Source: Squalus acanthias
Taxonomy: Eukaryota
Direction of reading: 5' to 3'
Assembly: GCA_030390025.1 (NCBI GenBank)
Contig: CM059433.1
Location: 5,270,001-5,334,000 of the forward strand
Length of the DNA: 64,000 nucleotides
Numbering within the stretch: the first letter of the stretch is position 1; every line of letters begins with the position of its first letter. The notes beneath the pieces are model-generated. The model was given only the letters and a program-made list of their open reading frames with translations, made no database searches and had not been told where the DNA came from. Position numbers and translations under genes: made by a program. Shown one piece after another: positions 49,108 to 61,747 of the stretch.

Positions 49108-50619
49108 AATTAAATAAATCTGTTGGACTATAACCTGGTGTTGTGCGACTTCTCATTTTTGTTGGAGATAGTCATTGCCTGGCACTTGTGTGGCGTGAAT
49201 GTTACCTGCCACTTATCAGCCCAAGCCTGAACGTCGTCCAGGTCTTGTTGCATGCGGGCATGGACTGCTTCATTATCTGAGGAGTTGCGAATGGCACTGA
49301 ACACTGTATACACGTGCTTTAATTTACTGTTACCGTAAGATGTCTATTCAGTTTTTATTTCCTGTATGATTGGATAGATAAGAGTGGAATCAATTGAGCA
49401 CAATACTGCTGAGCTGAGCAATGCAGAAATGTTGGAGGAAGATGGTGTTTTGACCATTTCAGAGGTCGCAGAGAGGTCGAGGAGGACGGGGAGAGATAAT
49501 CTACCACGATGACAGTCACAGTCAAGTGCCTCCAATTTCACTGATCCTTATGGTTTTTCTGGGAATTCTATTCTCTCCTGTTGTTATCGTCAACTTCAAC
49601 TATTTCACTGTAATGAATGAAATTGCCTTTCCTATCAGGTGTTCTTTACAACAAGTTTATGCCTCATTTTGGAGGGGAAAATCATTGACCCCACTGCCCT
49701 GACCCCCCTCCTGACCAAATCATTTCAATCCATATCTTGTAACTCAAAAGATGCCAGTATACAGACGCTCACTGAAACAGGTTACATGCCATTTCTAACA
49801 CTGCCCCCAGGCCTGTGCTGTCTCGGATATTGAACATAGTACAGTAACATCTTCATTTGTACTCTGTGGCTTCAAATTGACCTTAAAACCAGTCCAGTAC
49901 AATATCTAATGGCTGCTTAGTTCAAAATACTGATAACCAGTTAATTGCAAATCATGATTAGTATCAATTTCTTGGTAAATTAGTCCTTTCATTTAGATAA
50001 AATTATATTGAAACTTGAATAATATTAAGAATATTTCCTTTTTCCATTCACATGGCATTAAACACACAAATGGTTGTAAAGTTTTAATTACATTTTTATA
50101 TCATTCCCATTAAATGTGATTATTATTCTAATAGTTGAGACCAGTAGTTTTATCAAACTGCTACCAATATAAACATACCGCACATCAGTTCTAACAACCA
50201 TTGCCCCAGTGACTCTGGGGGTAAATCACCACCCTTCACCATGTAGTGTGGTCCTGAAACTGGCCAGGACGGTCCTGATTCATTCTCTAGTCTATGAAGT
50301 TATCTTGCCTCAGTGAGGATGCATAAACTGGTCCCAGTGTCCTAGAACAAGGGAGGAGAGGAATTGAACAGTATTCCTGCTGTTGATCACTGCACAGAGA
50401 TCCCGACTGGAAAATGCATACCTGTGAATCGCAGATGATGACCACTTGGTTGAGCTGCGTAGTGTTGGTGCTGCCCACAGGCTGTACCCGAGGGCGAGCC
50501 ACCACATTCAGGAGAGGAAACAGAATTGGAGGAAAAAGTCATGCACTGATCTCCATGAGGCCTAGGTAGCTGTATCCATTATGGGTTGTTGTCTCTGTGA
50601 ATAATGCGCCTCCTACATT

Positions 50620-51583
50620 CTCTGTGCTCCAGTGCTGCTCTCTGTGCTCCAGTGCTGCTCTCTGTGCTCCAGTGCTGCTCTCTGTGCTGCAGTGCTGCTC
50701 TCTGTGCTGCAGCGTTGCTCTCTGTGCCCCAGTGCTGCTCTCTGTGCTCCAGTGCTGCTCTCTGTGCTCCAGTGCTGCTCTCTGTGCTGCAGTGCTGCTC
50801 TCTGTGCTCCAGTGCTGCTCTCTGTGCTGCAGTGCTGCTCTCTGTGCTGCAGCGTTGCTCTCTGTGCCCCAGTGCTGCTCTCTGTGCTCCAGTGCTGCTC
50901 TCTGTGCTCCAGTGCTGCTCTCTGTGCTCCAGTGCTGCTCTCTGTGCTGCAGCGTTGCTCTCTGTGCTGCAACACTGCTCTCTGTGCTCCAGTGCTGCTC
51001 TCTGTGCTCCAGTGCTGCTCTCTGTGCTGCAGTGCTGCTCTCTGTGCTCCAGTGCTGCTCTCTGTGCTCCAGTGCTGCTCTCTGTGCTCCAGTGCTGCTC
51101 TCTGTGCTCCAGTGCTGCTCTCTGTGCTCCAGTGTTGCTCTCTGTGCTGCAGTGTTGCTCTCTGTGCTGCAGTGTTGCTCTCTGTGCTCCAGTGCTGCTC
51201 TCTGTGCTCCAGTGCTGCTCTCTGTGCTCCAGTGCTGCTCTCTGTGCTCCAGTGCTGCTCTCTGTGCTGCAGTGTTGCTCTCTGTGCTGCAGTGTTGCTC
51301 TCTGTGCTCCAGTGCTGCTCTCTGTGCTGCAGCGTTGCTCTCTGTGCTCCAGTGCTGCTCTCTGTGCTCCAGTGCTGCTCTCTGTGCTCCAGCGCTGCTC
51401 TCTGTGCTCCAGTGCTGCTCTCTGTGCTCCAGCGCTGCTCTCTGTGCTGCAGTGCTGCTCTCTGTGCTCCAGTGCTGCTCTCTGTGCTCCAGTGCTGCTC
51501 TCTATGCTGCAGCGTTGCTCTCTGTGCTCCAGTGCTGCTCTCTGTGCTCCAGTGCTGCTCTCTGTGCTGCAGCGCTGCTCTCT
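50620..51583. repeat. 20-bp minisatellite, about 48 copies
   Basis: Unit TCTCTGTGCTCCAGTGCTGC with variant positions; no indels seen. Confidence 0.97.
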
Positions 51584-52687
51584 CATCAAGTTTCTGCCGA
51601 ATTGCGTATAAACTGGCAATGAAATTTGCACCCATGCTTTGGCGATGAAAATTCTCCGGTACTATTCACTCTGTCAGTGCTGTGACAAAACTTTGAAATT
51701 TGGTTCTTGCTTCATACATCTAATTCAAGTTGTTTTTTGTCCAGCCCTGTACAATTCAGCATGATTTTCTCTTAACTGGCTTATAATAAATCAAAACCCT
51801 GAAAATATTTCTTCTAGGGGAGGGGTGTAAATTTTTCTAAACACATTGCAGTGTGGAGGCAAGCCTCCCGAGTCGTGTCACTAATGGGCAGAAGTTCCAT
51901 TCCTATTCTCTGCTACTCTTGCTCGCCTCTTTATTCACGTCTACTTTTCATAAAACTAACACATGTAAATATGGCTCTGACCACTGCAACTGCACCAGAA
52001 ACAGAGAAGGTTTAAATTGAATACACTGCTGGTGAAAATCAGAGGGAGAGAGTAATTCGGGGGGAAACCCTAACCAAAAGCTGAACAAGGGCAATTTGGA
52101 ATGGAAAAAAACCCACTGGAATGTATAAATAGATCCCTTCTAAAAAAAAAAATTGATGAATACTGAAACGAGTGACTAATAAAAGACTAATACACATTGA
52201 TGAAAGATACATGCTACTGCATAATAAGATTAACAATGATACATAACTCGAGGAAATGATGTAGAGACTTCTGACCTACAACATAAATTAAACTCGGGAA
52301 TAAAGGGAACGAACGCCTTAAACAAAAGAGAAGGGAACGATGGCAGTAATTGACATATAAACAGGCAATAAAGAGAATTACTGTATAAAACCAATGAGAG
52401 ATGATAACAATGCAGCAAAGAGACTTGACAATGACTGCAAGAAAGATTTTGCAGCCTCACTGTTATTTTGACAGCAAAATCTGGCCCATTCGTGCGACAA
52501 GCAAGATGATGTGAAAGGTGAATGGCAGGTTGAAATGACGGGCAATCAATAGCTCCCCTGGCCTCCTGTATTCTTTTACATGAGCTGCTACTAAAAGTAA
52601 CTTCTCCAGCCACCCATCTTTTAAACAGGTAAAGCAAAGTTCACCTGAAATAAGATTTTTTAATTCAATTTCTTACGCTCGTTTCAC

Positions 52688-53800
52688 AGTGAGCAGCGAG
52701 GAGGATAGTAAGAGACTTCAAGGGGACATAGACAGGCTGGTGGAATGGGCGGACACGTGGCAGATGAAATTCAATGCAGAATAGGGTGAGGTGATACATT
52801 TTGGTAGGAAGAATGAGGAGAGACAATACACACTAAATGGTACAATTTTAAAGGAGGTGCAGGAATAGAGAGACCTGGGGGTATTTGTGCACAAATCTTT
52901 GAAGGTGGCAGGGCAGGTTAACAAAGCAGTTAATAAGGCTTATGGGATCCTGGGCTTTATAAATAGAAGCATAGAGTACAAAAGCCAGGAAGTTATGCTA
53001 AACCTTTATAAAACACTGGCTCGGTCCCAGCTGGAGAATTGTGTCCAATTCTGAGCACCGCACTTTAGGAAGGACGTGAAGGGTGACATGAATCTGTCAT
53101 TCATGACTTATGAAATAATACTGAGTGGCCTGCGGGTGGTGCTGTCCAGGGAGAGTATAAATACTCGGGCACGGGCCCAGCTTGCGCAGGACATTCTTAA
53201 CCGGAACTAGTGAAGGACACAACTAGACCTCCATGTTGTAAAACAGTTGATTAAAGCTTTGTTTAACGCTTAGACCAAGTGCCTAGTAGTTTTCTTACGT
53301 CAAAGGGTTTGGAGAGGGTGCAGAAGAGATTTACTAGAACGGTTCCAGGGATGAGGGATTACAGTTACGTGGAGAGACTGGAGAAGCTGGGGGTTGTTCT
53401 CCTTGGAGCAGAGAAGGCTAAGAGGAGATTTGATAGAGGTGTTCAAAATCATGTAGGGTTATGACAGAGTAAATAAAGAGAAACTGTTTCCAGTGGCTGA
53501 AGTGTCGATAATGGGAGGGCACAGATTTAAGGTGATTGGCAAAAGAACCAGAGGCGATATGAGGAAAAACTTTTTTATGCCACGAGTGGTTAGGATGTGG
53601 AATGCACTGCCTGACAGGGCGGTGGAAACAGATTCAATAGTAGCCTTCAAAAGGGAATTGGATCAATACCTGAAGAAGCAAAGATTGCAGGGATACGGGG
53701 AAAGAGCCGGGGACTGGGACTAACTGGATTGCTCTTCGAAAGAGCCGGCACAGACTCGATGGGCCGAATGGCCTCCTTCTGTGCTGTACTATTCTATGAT
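52688..53800 (+). mobile_element. CR1 3' region interrupted by a solo LTR
   Basis: RLQGDIDRLVEWADTWQM... through ...LQGYGERAGDWD. Confidence 0.88.
53084..53302 (+). mobile_element. Short solo LTR (219 bp)
   Basis: TGAC...GTCA ends, AAGGG TSD, TATAAA followed by ATTAAA. Second copy at 58883-59100. Confidence 0.92.
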
Positions 53801-54240
53801 TGAAATTCGGTGCATTTTCGCCTCTCGTTAACGCCCCCGACTTTTTGCCCGGGCGTGGCGCCACTAACGACTCCCGCTAAATTCAGCGGGAGTTAAGTGG
53901 CGGTGGTAACCGGTAGCGCCTCGCTCCACTGCGCAGGCGATGACGACGCCATCACCGTGCGCAACACCCCGTTTTCGCCCGGCCTGCAAAATCGGCCCGC
54001 GCCCCCTGGATCCGCGGCAGGCGATGACAGCGACCGATTCAGGGGGCGGAAACGGAGCAGCAGGAGGCTCGCGGGCCGCTAACTAAAGGGGAGGTGACGG
54101 GCGGGGGGAAAAAATCGTCCAGCTTACTTGTCGCGGGGTCCGTGCCGCGATCTGCAGTGTGGGCTGCTGGCACGGCACCCCGCTCCCCGGTGGTCCAGGT
54201 AGGGCCCCTCAGAGTTGTGGGCTTGGGCCCTCCCCTTTAA
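53800..54240. mobile_element. GC-rich Harbinger MITE fragment
   Basis: Start resembles 1404-1560 (aaattcggt..tttcgcctc.cgtta, ctcccgc.aaattcagcggg). Confidence 0.6.
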
Positions 54241-54354
54241 TGATTGGAAGAGCCCTTCACTGCGGTACGTCTGACCATTGAACAAAGGTTGCACTTAGGG
54301 CCATGTGGCTACACTCGACGATTCCTCGGACCTTTGACAATCCTAGCACGCACT

Positions 54355-54522
54355 GGGGGGTAATTTTAACTTTAACGCCGGGTGAGAAAGGTGATTGGCT
54401 GCCTGTTTTTTTGCACCTTGCCTAATTTTCTTTTCCATTGCAGTCTTTGCGAAGCAGAAAGCGGGCGGTCGATTCGCTACCACCTGTTTTTCACCCGGCG
54501 ACAAAGTTAAAACCAACCCCCG
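54355..54522. mobile_element. Short MITE with long TIRs
   Basis: GGGGGTAATTTTAACTTTAACGCCGGGTGAGAAAGGTG / CACCTGTTTTTCACCCGGCGACAAAGTTAAAACCAACCCCC. Confidence 0.7.
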
Positions 54523-55216
54523 GTAAATTGTCACGGTCCTGTCATGTTGTCACGTCAGGTCCTGTGGCGGTCAGCTGACCGCGTGGAAGGTGTTGAGATT
54601 GAAATCTCTGCAGTGCATTGCACCTGTCACTTTGTTGATGCACCCACGCGCAACTGATATTGCACAACCACCCAGTGGCAGCCGGCAGTGGCTACACCGC
54701 CCAGGCTGGTGCATTGCGTGAAGGTAGGCCGCACGCCCATTCGTAGGAATTGGCACGACTCTATTACCAGCTTCCTTTGGAAAGTGAGGCCTCTGCAGGC
54801 TGTGTTGCTTGCTCAAATGCAGGACTGCCTCTATCAGTACCAGTGGGATTACTAGTTAAAATAGTACACAGGGAATTACATGCAAATGCACTAATGCAAT
54901 TATTGCAATAACCGCAGGCAGTCATTTCACCCCCAATCACTTAACATTACGGGAGTTAAATTGGTTGGCCCCCACAAACGGGCACGGGGCCAACTTAGTG
55001 CTGCCTGCTAATTCCAATGGTTTCTGCGTGAAGCCAGCGCTCCCCGCGCTGTTCATTGGCTGCACGCATCAGCAGGGGGCCCAATATGGTTACTAGCTTG
55101 CGACTACTTGAAGCTCGCCTGCACTGCTGCAGCTCTTAAAAGGGAGGTGCATTGTGGCTGGAGCAGGTGCTGGGAGTCGTTCCGCAAGTGAATCTGACCT
55201 GGGGAAAGAGTGAAGA

Positions 55217-57852
55217 ATGGCTGACCGTGGGAGACAGCGGGCACCAAGGTTTTCCGATGCTGCACTGGAGGTCCTGGTGGAGGAGGTGGGAAGGAGGAGA
55301 AATGTCCTGTATCCGCAGAGGGGGTGCAGGAGGCCCTCCAGACACACAATGAGAAAGCAATGGGAACAGATAGTCGCGGACGTCAATGCCAGGACTATAG
55401 CCCCAAGGAGCTGGATGCAGCACAAGAAGTTTAATGACTTCACACGAGTAGTCAAGGTCAGTGAATTTATCTTCAAATGCCACATCCTACCACCTGCTCC
55501 ACGAGCCTCGGCCACTGCTCAATTCACCACACCCCCATCACCCACCTACCAACAATCTCTATCAATCAGGACTCATACCTAACATTCATATGTTTCACTT
55601 CACCCTCACACATTTAGCACCATTGCAAGCCTCACGTCTCACAGCTTGCACACACTGCCAGTCATTCAACCGTGACAGCCACATCACCCAAACATATTGC
55701 ACGACACTCACTGACACACTTCCCTCTCTCGTGCAGGAGAAGGTGGCACACAGCCGGAGGCAGCAGGAACTAACCGGAGGGGGAGAGGTGCGCCTGCATG
55801 TTCTAACCCCCATGGAGGAGACAATGCTGGCCATTGTGGGAAGGGCCATTACTGAGGCTGTGGTCACCGGCGGGGCTGAATCCATTGAAGATGACGATAT
55901 CCTCATTCCTAATCCTCCTTCTCACATCCCACTTTCCCCTCATCCCTAACTCTCTTCTGACTCTCAAGCTGCAGATGGTGTAAGCACGCACTCCCTACTT
56001 TCTCCTCTACCCTCAACACAACTCAATCCTTGACCCTTTTTCATTTCAGATACCCAAGAACTGCAACCTGCCCAGGCAGTGGTGGAAGAGCAGGAAGATA
56101 ATGAAGATGAAGACACACCGTCACTCGATTTCACACTCGCAGCGAACAGCTCAGATAATAATGGGCCAGAAATTCGGCTGTTGTCGGGTGAGTGCGCGCT
56201 GTGTACTCACCCGTAAGGCCACCTGAAGTGCCGGTTTCCTGCATGCACTGTGCATGTGTGGGAAACCGGAACTTCCGTTCCCCTGAAGGAAGGGGTTCAG
56301 AAGTCGAACGCGTGCGCGGGAGAGGCTGCGCGCACGCAGCGAACTTCGTTTTTTTTCAGCTTTCTCCGGGAGGGTAAGTATGGAGAAGCTGCACTTTTAA
56401 AAAGGAGGCGCAAGGCCTGTTTTTAACAAGGTAAGTGGTTAATTAATTACAATTTAAATTTTTTTTCAACAGGTTTATCTTTTTTAGATACTTTAAAGAA
56501 AGGTAAGTTTATTTTTAGCACTGTTAAAAAGTATAATTAATTTTTTCAAGAATTTAAATTTTTGTTTAAAGTAGTTAATTTATTTAATTTATAGTTATTT
56601 TAAAAATGTGATTTTTTTTTTTCAATTTATTTGAAGTTTAAGTGTAGTTTTGGGGCCGATCTCTATTCATAGATTTGACAGGTCTTCCTGTCAAATCTAT
56701 GAATGAAAATGCCCTGCTAGGATTGGCTCTCCATGGCCCACGTGATCCCAGGGGACGCTTCGAACTAACTGCGCCCCTGGGATACGCAAGCACTGCGCGC
56801 CGGCAGCTGGAGGAGGCCCAGGACCCGAAGTCCTCGTGGGCCCAAAGCACAACAGCAGGCGTGGTAGGTAAGTACGCGCGCGATGCTTGCACCTGCAGGA
56901 AGCCTGAAAGCCGAATTTCTGGCCCATAATGACACTGTGCGTAAGTTAGAGGATAGCATAGCGGAGTGGTAAGCACCTGGTAAGACACCGGGCACAAGTG
57001 TGCTGCAGACAGGGCAGGGGGAAAGGATAGCACAGGTGCCAGCTCGCCGGAGGGTGAGGTCGCAGACGAGTTCTGCTGCAGAAGACTCAGATGAAGACTT
57101 CGATGGGCCAGGCTACAGAAAGAGGCTGACGGGTGTACACACCGAAATGCTTGGTGCATTAGGAAGCCTGACAGAGAGCCTGCATTCATTGTCAAGGAGC
57201 ATGGAGGAGTCCGGCACCAACTTGGCACAGGGCTTTGCTCAGAGCTTGGAGCCCATCCTTTCCAGCGTGGAAGTGGTGGCCAACTCCATTAGCGCACTTG
57301 TGGAGCCAACCAGGATGCAGCGTCTGATGGTTGATGCCCCAGCTTCCATTGCAGCACAAGCAGCTTCCACCCAACGTCTGAGTGCTGCAGTGGAATCTCA
57401 GTAATCTGCCATCATAGCTCTGGATGCCAGTTTTCAAAGGGGCTTCCAAGGTCTCACAGCAGTCCACCAATCTGTCCTCCAACAGATTACTAGGATTGCT
57501 CAGGCGCCGCCCCGGGGGAGTGTCAGTGGCTCCGTGGAGCACGAACCTGCTGTCCTCTCTCAGGGTGACAGCATTCATCCTCCCACCACTGCCACTTCAC
57601 CGGTGCCCTTGCTATTGCCTGTCAGCCAGCCAGCCGCTGCCCATGCTGAGCTGGTGCAGTCTACTGCCGGGCCTTCTCGGCTCAGAGCTGCTCAAGGTTG
57701 TCCTGCAAGGCCATCTGCAGCCTCGCCCACTGAAAGTCAGCAGCTTTCCACCAGCCATACTGCAGCCACTGAGGTTAACACTGTGTAGGAGCACTAGGAC
57801 AGGCAAAGGCACAAGGAAGCCAGGCACTAAGGGAATGCACAAGGGTGATTAG
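55217..57852 (+). pseudogene. Harbinger Myb/SANT-like DNA-binding protein gene (3 exons: 55217-55456, 55737-~55897, 56050-~57852), disabled
   Basis: MADRGRQRAPRFSDAALEVLVEEV...QWEQIVADVNA...KKFNDFTRVVK|GTCAGT. Acceptor TGCAG|EKVAHSRRQQELTGGG. Second donor appears mutated. MITE inserted in exon 3. Confidence 0.85.
56162..56926. mobile_element. Harbinger-type MITE inside the Myb gene
   Basis: TIRs TGGGCCAGAAATTCGGCT / AGCCGAATTTCTGGCCCA; TAA (or ATAAT) duplication; AT-rich core. Confidence 0.9.
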
Positions 57853-58656
57853 TTTATTTTTGAATGCAATATGGCATGATTTAATTTATAAATTTGGTTT
57901 GAATGTTTATTTTGTGTTGGCTTTAATTTTTGCATTGTGGCCAAGAGGAACGATGTGATGGTCAGTGACAGAGGGAAGGTAAGGAGTGTGGGACTGCTCG
58001 TGGATTGGGAATTAGGGTTGAGGTTACTGGTATCGCCTTTGAATTAGTTCTTCATGTAGAACCCGGGCAGAACGAGGCTGTCTAGTTTGCAGCCTTCCTC
58101 CTTCTCCTCTTCCTCCTCCTCCTCGTGCTCCTGCTCCTCAGCTTCTTGCCTGATAGTTGGTGGCAAGGGCTGTTCCCTCATGATGGAAAGGTTGTGCAGC
58201 ACGCAGCATACCACCACAAATCTTGAGACCCACTCGGCCGAGTACCGCAGGGCTCCTCCAGAGCGGTCCAGGCAGCGGAATCGTTGCTTCAGCACGCCAA
58301 TTGTCACATTTCTTGTGGCAGCATGGCTCTCGTTGTACGCCTGCTGTGCACGTGTGCGTGGGTTGCTGACCGGAGTCATGAGCCAGGTGGTCAGCAGATA
58401 ATCTTGTCGACCAGTAGCCAGCTTTTGGTTTGCCCTGGTGGTTGAAGTACAGCTGGCACAGAGGACTGCTGCTGAATGAATGCATCGTGACCGCTGCCAG
58501 GATGACGAACTTCGACCTGCAAGACGCGCAGCCTATGGTCGCACACCGGCTGCACGTTGAGGGAGTGGAATCCCTGTCTGTTCAGGGACATGGCAGAGTT
58601 GGCATGAGGCGCACGCAGAGCAATGTGTGTGCAGTCAATGGCACCCTGCACCATGG

Positions 58657-59360
58657 TGTAAGAAATCGTGAATTGGAAGAAATAACTTGAGACAAAAAAG
58701 TCTCTTCAGACTGGTGTTAGAATAACTGGCTAGACACTTAGAATTTGCTGATGTTCTCGGTTCCCTGCGGATGTTATAACATTCTGCACCATGGCGGTGA
58801 CCTTGTTTCCAGACTCACCGTCTGCTGTTTGTGTGCTAGAAAGGTTGTTGACTGTATCTTTGATAATCTACCCTAGGCTCACTGACATGAATCTTGTCAT
58901 TCATGTATGAAGTAATACTGGGCGGCCTGCTGGTGGCGCTGTCCAGGGAGAGTATAAATACTCGGGCATGGACCCAGCTTGTTCAGGACATTCCTCAACA
59001 GGAACTAGTGAAGGCCACAACTAGATCTCCATGTTGAAAAACAGTTGATTAAAGCTTTGTTTAACGCTTAGACCAAGTGCCTAATAGTTTTCTTATGTCA
59101 CTCACCCCTAAAAAGAGAGTAAAAGAGATATCTAAAGAGTTTTTAACACAGATGGTGAAGGGAAGGGAAGAGCTGTTCGGGCACGCCAGCCGTCTGTCCA
59201 ATCGGGACCGATACCAGCTGCTTGTCACGGTCATATGCCTACTGTGTCTATCTTGATTGCGTGTTGTACTTAACTTAAACTGCCGCGCCTTAAAAAAACG
59301 CCTTACAACTCCTAAGCCCTTGTGGGTAATCTGTGTGTGCCCTGTGATCCAAGTCTTACA
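58657..59360. mobile_element. Solo LTR with 4-bp TSD inside the transposase
   Basis: TGTAAGA...TCTTACA ends. ATGG duplicated at 58653-58656 and 59361-59364. Confidence 0.88.
58883..59100 (+). mobile_element. Short solo LTR (218 bp) nested inside the other LTR
   Basis: TGACAT...ATGTCA ends, CTCAC TSD; homologous to 53084-53302. Confidence 0.92.
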
Positions 59361-61747
59361 ATGGGGAAGCCTGCAATCCTTGCGAAACCTCGTGCTCAGT
59401 CCACCTACTTCTCGCTGGCAAGAGGGAATGAGATGAAGCTGTCTCTCTTTGCATAAAGAGCTCAGTGACCTCCCTTATGCAGCAGTGCACTGCAAACTGC
59501 GAGATGTTGTAATATCTCCAGCAGCAGCCTTGAAAAAGCCAGACACATAAAAGTTCATAACCGCGGTCACCTTCACAGCCATTGGCAACGTGGTCTTTGC
59601 CCTGCCTAAGGTGGGAGTTGTGGCTGCAGCAGTTGGCAGATTCCAGTGACGACCTCCTTAGCGAAACACAGATATCTCAAACATTGCTCGTCGCTGAAGT
59701 TCAGGTCGTGGAATTTCTCACTGAACACTCTGGATGGATATGGCCTTCTGCTGAGAACCCTTCTCCCCCCTCCCCCTCCTCCTCCCTCTTCTAGCAGCTT
59801 GTTCCACTCTACGTGGCCTCTCTTCATTCTCCAAGTCATGCTCAATTCCAAGAGGAAGGCGTACTTGTGCACCCATGTCTGGGAGCAACTGGTTTGTGCA
59901 GAAGCCTTGAAGGCAGCAAAATGTCCTTCAGCACCTGCCGCACCGCTCCCTGTAGAATACTGAAACTTGAAACAAACATAGAATTGTAGCAACAGCCAGA
60001 AGAAATAAACCAGCAACTACCCTGTAAGTAGTTGATGATCCCTTTAAATAACACTAATGGGGGTGGGGTGGGGGGGGTCCTTCATGCTGCTTAACATCGT
60101 GTCCAGCTGTGCGAGGTTAAGAGAGGGTGTAGGCTGGAGCGTGGAGCTCCAAAATGGCAGCGCTGGTGTCAAATCAGCGTTGCACGCTGATTGACATCAT
60201 GATCAGCCTGCTCTGCGTGCTTCTGGCGGACGTTAGGTGTGCGCATGCTCACCACTTTACCAATATGGCGTCCGGCGCACTTCACATTAGACACCATTTT
60301 GGAACCTTAAGGGCCCTCGTAGCGCCCAAGAAACGGTCGCTACCGAGCCCAGTTACGCCCCTGACATCTTTTCACCCAATTCATTGCCTGCTGCTCTGGT
60401 TCTCATATTCTTGCTTTTGAAAGCTCCTGTTTACAATGCACTGAGTAGATTTTCATATTGCTCCCTGTCATCCATCTTGCAGTCATCATGCAAGCTCTGG
60501 ACTGGGTTATTGGATGTATTACAAGGTGCGTTCTGTTGGTAAATCTTATTTTCACACCTGTCAGCCCTTTGGTTTCTTTGGATATATGAAATGGGGTCTT
60601 ACAGGAGCAATACTTTCCCTGCTGCTTCATTTCTGATTTCTCCAGGGTGTCATACTTTACAGCACACTGGTTGTATTCCTGCCATTGTTAATACTTCATA
60701 GCAATTCTGCGGCTCTGTGTAAAATGCTACCCCCTTATTCTCAGGTCCAACTGTCATGCTTTCTAGATATATGCTTCCACTTACTTTGGTTTCAATTCTC
60801 CTCAGGCTAGAGTAGTTGTTACATTCGTTTCCAGTCCTGGCTTTCAAGAAACCAGCAGCATTTAAGGAAATCACTGCTGGAAAATCTTTTTAAACCACAA
60901 AACGTCTGGGTAGAATGCAAGCTGTGAACTAATTGAATAACGTAGAAGTAAAAGAACACCCAGCATTAGTGAACCCTCGGAGAATTGTGCTTAAAAATTT
61001 TTCCAATGTAACTGTTGTGCCAATATATTTTGTTTAGATCCATGTCTGGTTGTAGCAGGTTATTTACCTGATTTTGTCTATAGTTACATCACTTTAAAAT
61101 GTGAAAAATGTCGTCACATAATTCCTAGTCTTGAAGAGTGTAAGAAAAACATATAAACAAAAAAACCTCTCACCCTCCACAGTTCTGGAATGGACTCCTT
61201 TATATTCGGGGACACCTCGTGTGGTCTCTAACCTTCTATTCACCTAAACTTTGTGAGTAGAACAAAATAGAGACTCCACGAGCAATCACCTTACGCAAAT
61301 TACTATCAGACTGTGTGATCGAGTTTGCTGAAAAGAGCTGTAAAAATGTTGGACTCTGTCTTTTCATTGTTTTAAGCAGGCAAGTCAGTAAGTAAGTAAT
61401 TTTGGTTATCTTACGGTATTAATATCTTGCTGTGGTTTTTGCTTTGATATAATCTTTTGTTTGCAAATAAATCTAACTAAGTTGTTTAGCCTATACATAG
61501 CACTCCGGTGGTAATTTATTTTTCCGTCTTCTGAGGCAACAGAACATTATAATGAGTATTCCATGTCTACTCCAGTAAACAAATGACTGTAATTCAGGGT
61601 TAATTTGAACTACAGTAACCCATATTCAGCAAAGGATAAAGATGTAGGTTTCAGTTCGTAAGAAAAGTTTGTTCATGGAAATTATAGTCTAGCCAGGAAC
61701 ACAAGAAAACTGTCTATTTGTTTATTTTTCCTTTGTCCCTCCACATG

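Larger units (their letters stand above)
48452..49158 (-). mobile_element. Penelope-like element: GIY-YIG C-terminus flanked by inverted pLTRs
   Basis: Arms 48485-48742 and 48905-49162 are near-perfect reverse complements. The spacer encodes RDTRQRKIIEQKLIAKFRTHEDGLNRDIGFMSRY. TSD TTGTTGGAGATA at 48440-48451 and 49159-49170. Confidence 0.92.
47740..49310 (-). mobile_element. CR1/L2-group LINE 3' region, interrupted by a Penelope element
   Basis: MQQDLDDVQAWADKWQVTFTPHKCQAMTISNK | ...INILGVTIDQKLNWTSHI...IYKAQVRSVMEY. Confidence 0.88.
58044..59960 (-). pseudogene. Harbinger DDE transposase (HARBI1-like), frameshifted and split by an LTR
   Basis: FP|MVQGAIDCTHIALRAP...NRQGFHSLNVQPVCD...HPGSGHDAFI; YNESHAATRNVTIGVLKQRFRCL...CCVLHN; FSDEQCLRYLCF. 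Confidence 0.92.
54950..60361. mobile_element. Decayed two-gene Harbinger transposon (Myb/SANT gene +, transposase -, convergent)
   Basis: Both genes recognisable. Termini degenerate, so boundaries are approximate. Confidence 0.85.

Noticed and set aside
50422..50545. Possible minus-strand exon ending at CAG|GTATGC
   Set aside because: Plausible donor, but no homology recognised in any frame.
50579..51648. Five 335-350 aa ORFs
   Set aside because: Products of a stop-free 20-bp minisatellite, open on both strands.
61140..61541. Possible solo LTR (TGTAAG start, AATAAA near 61466)
   Set aside because: No convincing TSD or second copy.
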